Part shown: piece by piece, positions 56,641-64,000 of the stretch
Numbering within the stretch: position 1 is the stretch's first letter
Layout: each line of letters begins with the position of its first letter
NCBI GenBank assembly: GCA_964035575.1
Contig: OZ037834.1
Span: forward strand, 1,984,001-2,048,000
Origin: Rhynchopus sp. YZ270_cl-10
Taxonomy: Eukaryota
Reading direction: 5' to 3'
DNA length: 64,000 nucleotides
Made by a program: the position numbers and the translations under genes
The notes under the pieces: model-generated
Seen by the model: only the letters and a program-made list of their open reading frames with translations
The model's database searches: none
Told to the model about the DNA's origin: nothing

Positions 56641-56889
56641 ATATAATACCGATTAGATGAACAACCTACCCTAAACAGGGTTATACAATCTCAGCGTAAA
56701 ACATTTTTCTCCTCTCTCTTTCACCCCTCCTTTTTAGCAACACAACCACACCCCATCCCCCCCACTCCCCTCTCCAGGCACCTACCCCCCCTCCAAACCC
56801 TTTTCATTTACACAATCCTCTTTTTTTAACCCCCTGCTGTTTTACATAAACCTTGACCATTTTCGGTTTCCCCCTTCATTCCTCCCCCT

Positions 56890-58125
56890 ATGCCACCTAC
56901 ACGAGGCGGGGTGTATACCAAGCATGCTCCGGTCGCGGTTGTGAAAAATGAGTTTACGAAGAAGTTTAAGGTGACCGCACCTTTGATGCAGGCACCTTTG
57001 CTGGGTGCGACGAGCGTGGAGATGGTCGCGGCTGCGTGCGAGGCAGGGGCGTTGGGGTGTTACCCTTTGGGCTACGGACCGCACGATGACGCAAGCATGA
57101 GAGCACTCCACGACACCATCGATGACATCAAGATGTTCACCTCACGACCCTTTGGGGTCAACCTCCGAATCTACGACCCAGATGGCGATACTGAGGCACT
57201 CCAAACACACACCACCCTTACCCCCGCCCTACGTTCTGGCTCCCGCCTCCCTGCGATCCGTTCCCTTCTCGCACCCTTTCGAAAATTATTTGGTACAACC
57301 GAAACTGATGAAACCGATGAACCGCCTTGTCAAGATGCACCAAAGAAAAATGATTTTAAACGTCTCACATTGCTTTGTGTTGAAACAAAGGTTGCGTTTG
57401 TTTCGTTTACCTATGGAATTCCACCGGATTGGGTGATATCCGAGCTACACTCAAATGGAATCAAAACAATAGGCACTGCAAGCTCCCTAGAGGAAGCGGT
57501 TGCAATAGAAAAGCATGGGTTAACCGCAGTAATAGCTTCTGGGGTAGAAGCTGGAGGGGACACTCCAGCGTTTCTTTCGTCGCAGGACCAGGCGATTGGG
57601 GTGTTGTCGTTGGCGTCTTTGGTGAAACTACATTTAGACATTCCGGTTCTCGCTGCGGGAGGGATAAGCAGTGGGAAAATGGTAAACGCGGTGCTCCAGG
57701 TTGGAGCCTCAGGGGCAGTTCTAGGGACAGCATTGCTTCTTTCTTATGAGTCGGTATGGGAAGGAAAGCCTTCTGTGAAGAAGATTAACGAAGGCCGCGC
57801 ATTTCCAAAACCAACGGTTATCTCAAGGGTGTACAGTGGCAAGGCGTGTAGGGTGATTGAAACCGATATGACGCAGGGGTTAAGGGACAGCGGTGCGTCG
57901 ATACCGTTCTGGCCGCTGCAGAGAGCGATCATGACGGACTTCAGAATCTTCTTCACAGAGCACCCTATGCACGACTGCGCGCCGCTTGCGTGTGGCTGTG
58001 CATACTCCGTTGCCGAGGCGAAGAGTGTGCGTGACATCATCTTCTCCATCATGGAAGAGCTCGGCGAGGCTAGGGGCATCCCCTCCCACATCGAGCCTCC
58101 TGCTGCAGCAGATGCGGTTGAATAG
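56890..58125 (+). CDS. Nitronate monooxygenase / 2-nitropropane dioxygenase family FMN protein
   Basis: Motifs PLMQAPL, AACEAGALG, RPFGVNL, VSFTYG.P, G.EAGG, IPVLAAGGI..G, GASGAVLGT and SRVYSGKACR. Confidence 0.9.
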   Translation: MPPTRGGVYTKHAPVAVVKNEFTKKFKVTAPLMQAPLLGATSVEMVAAACEAGALGCYPLGYGPHDDASMRALHDTIDDIKMFTSRPFGVNLRIYDPDGDTEALQTHTTLTPALRSGSRLPAIRSLLAPFRKLFGTTETDETDEPPCQDAPKKNDFKRLTLLCVETKVAFVSFTYGIPPDWVISELHSNGIKTIGTASSLEEAVAIEKHGLTAVIASGVEAGGDTPAFLSSQDQAIGVLSLASLVKLHLDIPVLAAGGISSGKMVNAVLQVGASGAVLGTALLLSYESVWEGKPSVKKINEGRAFPKPTVISRVYSGKACRVIETDMTQGLRDSGASIPFWPLQRAIMTDFRIFFTEHPMHDCAPLACGCAYSVAEAKSVRDIIFSIMEELGEARGIPSHIEPPAAADAVE

Positions 58126-58554
58126 AGAGATATCTGTGTGTTGCGAAAAATGCCATTACACCCGGTTGTACCAAGGTACATAGTGTTCACGATTGGGTGT
58201 GTTGTGTTTCGAGTTTTATATAGGGGGGATCGGGGTTGCGTCCACAGAGGGGTGTTTTGCACTTCAGCTACCTTTTTCAGGTTTCGCCTTCTGCATGAGA
58301 TGGACTGAAATGCATTTTTGTTTTGTACCCGCAAATTTTGCTAAACAGTATTATTCTTCTCAAATCTCGCATTTTAAAAAAAGTTCCGCGCAGATCCAAA
58401 AAAAACGAGGAATTTTTTTTTTTTTTTGTTTTCTCCCCGCTCATTTCCCTCAATATCCTCCCCTCTCCCCTCTTGTCTTCTCCTCTCCTCCCTAGACCTA
58501 TTAGCGGGACGTTCAGAATTCCCACAAAGCCGATTTACCCAAGCGCAACACCAA

Positions 58555-59280
58555 ATGGACATCACCGTACACGCCTTTGATGGTACAGCGTGTACTGTGG
58601 AGGTGAGTCCAGAGGATACGTCTAATGTGCTCCGCTGCAAGATAGCCGTTGCAGTGGGGGTACCGGAGGACAGCTTTCATGTGCACTGTGGAGGTGGTGC
58701 GGTGGAAGACGTACGAGGTTTGAGCGCTGGAGACTCCATCGTGTTGAAGAGAACTAGGCGGTACCGCGCAATCGCAGCGCTCCACGCATTAGGTGAAACC
58801 GAACTGACTGCAGAGAGAATGGCCTCAGTACGGGACCTGAAGGTGGCCTCTCTCTTCCTAGAGGCTGAAGTGACAACGGCGATTCCGGATAATTTTTTGT
58901 GGAACTCTTGCCTAACTACCCTTGACCTTTCTGCTGGGTCTGGGATTACCAAAATTGGGGATAATTTTGCGGCAGAGTGTCCTAATTTAGAGACCGCAGA
59001 TTTCTCTGGGTTGAGCAGGGTCAGGGAGATCGGGGACTCTTTTTTGATGTGCTGTGGTAACTTGCGGGAGGTGGATCTGTCGGGGCTGCGCAATGTAGAA
59101 GAGATCGGAAGCTCCTTTCTTGGCTGCTGCTTCTTCTTGGGGGAGCTGGACCTCTCTGGCCTCTGCAGTGTGGCAAATGTCAACGACGACTTCCTCTGGG
59201 ATATTACCCCCCTAATGATCAACACCTCAGACTACACCCCTGTTGTGTTGGACTTTCTCCGCAAGACTAAACGAATTTGA
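58555..59280 (+). CDS. Ubiquitin-like domain + BspA-type LRR protein (copy 1)
   Basis: MDITVHAFDGTACTVEVSPEDT..LRCKIA is a Ubl pattern, followed by repeats IGD.F...C.NL...DLSGL..V. Confidence 0.82.
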   Translation: MDITVHAFDGTACTVEVSPEDTSNVLRCKIAVAVGVPEDSFHVHCGGGAVEDVRGLSAGDSIVLKRTRRYRAIAALHALGETELTAERMASVRDLKVASLFLEAEVTTAIPDNFLWNSCLTTLDLSAGSGITKIGDNFAAECPNLETADFSGLSRVREIGDSFLMCCGNLREVDLSGLRNVEEIGSSFLGCCFFLGELDLSGLCSVANVNDDFLWDITPLMINTSDYTPVVLDFLRKTKRI

Positions 59281-59493
59281 GTCATCCAAAGAAAACAGCT
59301 CAAAAAATTCGCATATTCAATAGAGGAGGGATGTCTTCTCTTCTCTGGAATTCACATATTTAAGGCGAAAAAAAGAGTTGTATAGATTATAGCGACTACC
59401 TCCTCGGGGTGTCTGCACTAAAAAAAAGTCAATCAAGTTTTTTTCTTCTTATATCCTCCCCTCTCCCCTCTTGTCTTCTCCTCTCCTCCTGGA

Positions 59494-59586
59494 CATAGTG
59501 TGCAGACGAACCAAAAGTTCGTCAATGTTCGTCGACGACCATCGACGAACCAAAACGACGAACTTTTGGTTCGTCTGCACACTATG
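59494..59586. mobile_element. Palindromic MITE (CATAG termini, 6-bp TSD) inserted upstream of Ubl-LRR copy 2
   Basis: 30-bp TIR catagtgtgcagacgaaccaaaagttcgtc; flanks cctgga / cctaga. The paralogous site at 58491 has a single cctaga. Confidence 0.88.
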
Positions 59587-59652
59587 CCTAGACCTATTAG
59601 CGGGACATTCAGAATTCTTCCACAAAGCCGATTTACCTCCAGACAACACCAA

Positions 59653-60420
59653 ATGGACATCACCGTACACGCCTTTGATGGTACAACGTGTACTGTGGAG
59701 GTGAGTCCAGAGGATACGTCTAATGTGCTCCGCTGCAAGATAGCCGTTGCAGTGGGGGTACCGGAGGAGAGCTTTCATATGCACTGTGGAGGTGGTGCGG
59801 TGGAAGACGTACGTGGTTTGAGCGCTGGAGACTCCATCGTGTTGAAGAGAACAAAGCAGTACGACGCAATCGCAGCGCTCCACGAATTAGGTGAAACCGA
59901 ACTGACTGGAGGGAGAATGGTGGCAATACGGGATCTGAAGGTGGCTACTTTATTCCTCGATGCTGAAGTGGCATGGGCGATTCCGGATAAATTTCAGTGG
60001 AAGTCTCGCATAACTACTCTTGACCTCTCTTCAACTGGGTCTGCGATTACCAAAATTGGGGATAATTTTGCGGCAGACTGTGCGAATTTAGAGACCGCAG
60101 ATTTCTCTGGGTTGAGCAACGTTGTGGCGATCGGGGACCGTTTTTTGATGTGCTGTGGTAACTTGCGGGAGGTGAATCTGTCGGGGCTGCGCAACGTAGA
60201 GGAGGTGGGGATCTGCTTTCTTGGCTGCTGCGCTTCATTGGAGGAGCTGGACCTCTCCGGCCTCCGCAGTCTGACAAAGGTCAAAGGACGAGACTTCCTC
60301 TGGGAGACCAGCCCCCGCTTGATCAACACCTCAGACTACACCCCTGTTATGTTGGAATTTCTCCGCTCGACAAATCGAATTTTCCCGGCGGGGAAAATTT
60401 CGTTTGATTATGATCCCTAA
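59653..60420 (+). CDS. Ubiquitin-like domain + BspA-type LRR protein (copy 2, tandem duplicate)
   Basis: Highly similar to copy 1, including upstream and downstream flanks. Confidence 0.82.
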   Translation: MDITVHAFDGTTCTVEVSPEDTSNVLRCKIAVAVGVPEESFHMHCGGGAVEDVRGLSAGDSIVLKRTKQYDAIAALHELGETELTGGRMVAIRDLKVATLFLDAEVAWAIPDKFQWKSRITTLDLSSTGSAITKIGDNFAADCANLETADFSGLSNVVAIGDRFLMCCGNLREVNLSGLRNVEEVGICFLGCCASLEELDLSGLRSLTKVKGRDFLWETSPRLINTSDYTPVMLEFLRSTNRIFPAGKISFDYDP

Positions 60421-61141
60421 AAAATTTCATCATCATGGGGTAGAGCCCTGCATATTTAAGGCGAAAAAAAAAGAGTTGATGTTATAGAGCTCTCCTCAGA
60501 GTGTCTGCACTAAAAAGTCACCAAGTTTTTTTTTCAAAAAAACGCAAGCATTTCCGTCGCTTTTGATGTAAAACCACGAAATGGATGTAGGACTGCATGG
60601 TTGGGGGGGTGGGTCTTCTCCACGGAACATTACCAAATATAACCAAAAAAAAGTTACAACTGCAAAAAGGAAATCCCACCCCCTTCAACTCCGAAGGCTG
60701 CAAGTCAAACAAACGTCTTGGGCATTGCGACTGCTGCTCTCCAACAAGCACTGTAGGGAGGTTCATGTGCGCCACCTCGGGAAGACCCTCACAAAGTCTG
60801 TGCAAAGACTCCTCGTTGATGTCCTGGTATGCTGGGTGACCATTATCACGTAGCGAAAGGCAATGCATTCTACTCCGGTACACAGCCGGTCATTTGTACC
60901 AAAGGTACACTCTTCTTCGCGGGCTGTTATATTTCAAACCAACTTTTTTTTTTTCTTATTCCTACGAAGCTTGCTTTAAAGGAGAAATAGTATTACCGGG
61001 TACGCCAAATCATCCCTCAAACAGGAGGATTTTGTGCAATCAATGAAAAACAACTTTACCTTACCTACCCCGATCCTACTATTTTCCTCTCGACACTTTA
61101 CAACTCAGGAGAGAATTTTATTTCCCCCCCCTCTTCCAACA

Positions 61142-61726
61142 ATGTTCGCGTTGTCCCTGCTTCTTTCTCTCACCCTTGCGGAGAAGGAGCAGTACTACGC
61201 TGCACGCCTCGAGGCCTGCATGGGGTGACGACTGAAGGCGTTCCCCACCGTCAAAACCTTCAAGGAGGAGCTGGCTGGGGACTACCCTCGCGTCGAGGTG
61301 AAGAACACTGCGGGCCTGCAGTACCCTATTCTCTACTTTCTGGACGAGCACTATTCGGATGTGAAGGTAGGGTACAGATTCAAAGGGCGTGAAACCATGG
61401 ACTTCTGGCTCAACCTGCTTGAGGAGCATGGTGTAGGGAAGGGGAAGTCTGCGCCAGAATTTACCCCAGAAATATTCCCACAGACCTACCATTGTTTGGC
61501 ATGGCGGGCGGAGGGTACGGATGGCTCCAGGTCGCATCTGCTTTACCCATACGATCTAAGCTGCCACAACTACGTCCGCAAACCCCACCCAGGGAACTGT
61601 GAATGCCGTGACGGCTCCTCCGTGAGAGTGGAGTACTCCCCAAAGGGCAACCGCGAGCCCTTCACCTGCGAGGACAAATGCAGAGATTCAGGAGCAGCAG
61701 CGGTGATGGACGATGAGGAGTTGTAA
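61142..61726 (+). CDS. SELENOM: ER selenoprotein of the SelM/Sep15 family (194 aa; UGA at 61226-61228 read as Sec) with a Cys-rich C-terminal domain and DEEL
   Basis: Signal peptide MFALSLLLSLTLA, then AARLEACMG-TGA-RLKAFPTVKTF..DYPRVEVK...PILYFLD, which is the SelM/Sep15 CxxU motif context. The frame is the same on both sides of the TGA, and the protein ends MDDEEL. Confidence 0.85.
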
Positions 61727-62308
61727 TAACGTTATAATTTGAGAAGAGGGGGAGGGTTTTTTCCAAAAAAAAAAAAAAAGGAGGGATTCTAGCTAGGGAG
61801 GGGAGAAAAAGGGAGGGTGTATTATGAAAAAAAGGATTATTTCGGATTGTTTCTGATTTCAAGGTAACTAAGCAACGAGAGGCTTATAAACGTTTCTTTC
61901 ACGTCCTTGTTTTATCTGCCATCTTTTTATTATTGCTTTTTTTTGCACTTTCAATCAATTCCTCCTTTTTTCCCCCTCTCAAATAACATCCTCTTTTCAT
62001 AGTGACGGCCCCTTTTCTATTGCGTCTTTTCCCTCATGACCTTTTGTTGCACAGCTTACTTCTTTTGTTTAGGGTGGGTATGCGAGGCTTAGCATATTAC
62101 CCAACAACGTTTCCCTTTGTTTTTTTTCCCCTTGTCCTTAGAAAACCGGGAGAAAAAAAAAACTAAAAAAAGGTAGTGAAAAGAGCAACACCGAAGATTA
62201 TTACAGTCGTCTGTATTTGGCACAAAAAAATCCCCATTTATTGTTAGTAGACTGCAATTCAAAAAAAGAAAAAGAAAAGTGTGCACAATGGTCATACTCC
62301 GCAGTCCC

Positions 62309-62421
62309 GCCTGAGTCCGCAGGAGTCCGCCCCTGACTTGAGACGGACTTTCAAAGTCTGCCATAGTCCATCTCAACTCGGGCGGGGTCTTGATGGGATT
62401 TTTTTTTTGGCGGACTCAGGC
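62309..62421. repeat. GC-rich foldback / small MITE-like element
   Basis: gcctgagtccgc ... gcggactcaggc with nested inner complementarity (ccgccc..ttgaga..ggact / agtcc..tctcaa..gggcgg). Confidence 0.55.
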
Positions 62422-63221
62422 TGACCACGAAGTATGCATGGTGAGCTAAAGATGCATGTAGATTGTGTACAAAACCTATTTATAGCTTCGACAGTAGGAG
62501 GAGAAGTGGTGTGTGTGTGTTTCAAGGTGATATCTTATTGTTTCTCCTTCTTCTTTTTTTTTGAAGAGTGTAGTTGCCTCCGTGTGCAAGCTCCTCTGTT
62601 TTTTTTTTTTTTTTCTTAAATTTGCGACCCACCTTCCACCCCCATTCCCTTCTCTTCCTTAAAGTCTGCACAAGGGCGGCCTGATAAGAGTTATCTTTGG
62701 ATGGAAAATATGAGGGGGGAAAAAGGCGGAATTGAAGTTTTTTTTGTGCAATAAATGGTAAGTCTACCCTACACATTCGAATTTAAAAAAAAAACAGAGT
62801 TCATTTTTTTTTTTTTGGTGGAAGCGTACAACTAACAAACTCTCCCCCTATTTCGTTTCCCGTTTTTCCTGTGTGGGCGAAGATAGTTATTGACACCTGT
62901 AGTATTTCTCTTTATCCTTACGGTATGGAACACCCATATCCCACCCTTTTGCATCGACTGAGATGCGTTTTCGCACTTTTCAACTACTTTTTTTTTCTAT
63001 AAACCCCCCTCCTCCTCCTCCTCTACACAACAAAACAGAACAACACCTACACTAACCCCGCCTCCTCGTATTCCCCTTATTTAACCCCTGCTCGCCTATC
63101 ACTCTTTCTTCCCCCCCAAAAAAAACCCCCTTTTTTTCTAACAATGTGTACGTAACGTTGTAACACACCCTGGGAGGGTGTGTGTGTGTGTGTGGGTTGC
63201 ATTTTTTTTTTTTTTGTTATC

Positions 63222-64000
63222 ATGGATGCTTCTCGGGCTTCGAATCCGTCACCGCCATCACCTGCATCGCCGATGGAGTTTAATGTCTCTTCTACGCCTG
63301 ATGATGACGTACCTATCCCCGATCTGAATCCATCCCCTCGAGCAAATCGTGGTGGGTTAAGAGGGAACATGAGAGGCCGTGGTGCGCATCTTGCCACAGC
63401 TACTCCTCCGTCCCCGAATGGAGGGTCTGGGGTCGTGCCATTTCAAAGCGGTGCACCGTCACCAACCGGATTGAAAACAAAAAACTCATTTTTATCCCAT
63501 TCTGACATATCCGACGTAGAGAACGACCTGGACGACGATGACCCAGATAAGAAGCCTGTCAAACGCAGGGCGTCGTTCCAACGAAATGTGTTTGGCAACC
63601 ATTCGACACGAAAGCATCGGATGTCGGTTGACTCACGCCGATCAGTGGTTGGTGGCAATGTACCGGGATTGGTGAAGATGCCATCCTACATAAACGATTT
63701 TGGGAGAGACGATTCACTCCGACTAGGTCCTTCAAGACAAGCATCATTTAAGGCCGACACCGGAGGAACAGACAGCCCCATCATACTGAACACCGGACAG
63801 AACATTGAGCTCAGCGGATTCTCACCGCAGGACGACACAATATCTGAAGGATCAAGCCAGCTCCCATTATTACCACTTGACGCATTGTTGCAAAGGCATC
63901 TAAACAGCCATCCTGAACTCCGCAAAGAAGCGGTTATGTACCTTCAATCAATGATAGCAGAACGTCTCCAATTCGCGCCTTGGCGACAACGTTTGCACGC
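63222..64000 (+). CDS. Hypothetical protein, N-terminal low-complexity part; runs off the window end
   Basis: ATG at 63222 after a T-tract; frame MDASRASNPSPPSP...LQFAPWRQRLH is open to base 64000. It is absent from the ORF track because there is no stop. Confidence 0.7.
   Translation, partial: MDASRASNPSPPSPASPMEFNVSSTPDDDVPIPDLNPSPRANRGGLRGNMRGRGAHLATATPPSPNGGSGVVPFQSGAPSPTGLKTKNSFLSHSDISDVENDLDDDDPDKKPVKRRASFQRNVFGNHSTRKHRMSVDSRRSVVGGNVPGLVKMPSYINDFGRDDSLRLGPSRQASFKADTGGTDSPIILNTGQNIELSGFSPQDDTISEGSSQLPLLPLDALLQRHLNSHPELRKEAVMYLQSMIAERLQFAPWRQRLH

Noticed and set aside
61805..62470. Other SECIS candidates (ATGA at ~61823 and ~62035; hairpin at ~62428-62467)
   Set aside because: Poor stem pairing, missing apical AA, or a non-canonical core.

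Overview
Eukaryotic nuclear DNA, most likely a euglenozoan protist and probably a diplonemid. This is inferred from the euglenozoan-type 18S/28S rRNA fragments, GT-AG introns with A/C-rich 3' ends, all host genes lying on the + strand behind pyrimidine/C-rich tracts, and the Pro-rich multi-TM and Ubl-LRR gene families. Host genes: a 5'-truncated giant HYR-like repeat protein (1-7926), a spliced Ariadne RBR E3 ligase, a DUF3754/TMEM143-like protein, ilvD, two paralogous multi-pass membrane proteins, a 1810-aa secreted beta-rich protein with a basic Cys-tipped helical hairpin, a nitronate monooxygenase-like protein lacking the usual catalytic His, two tandem Ubl-LRR genes, and a SelM/Sep15-family selenoprotein that the ORF track splits at its in-frame UGA. 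The 41.5-48.5 kb region is a transposon cluster. It holds a hAT derivative carrying a LINE RNase H fragment (8-bp TSD), a 1.65-kb near-perfect palindromic element, and an adjacent apparently intact DDE/CxxH transposon; the last two both have TAGGGG termini and apparent 11-bp TSDs in the same C9 target. Intergenic DNA is packed with small MITEs and several families of 40-60 nt hairpin repeats. Family assignments come from motif recognition by eye; no database searches were run.
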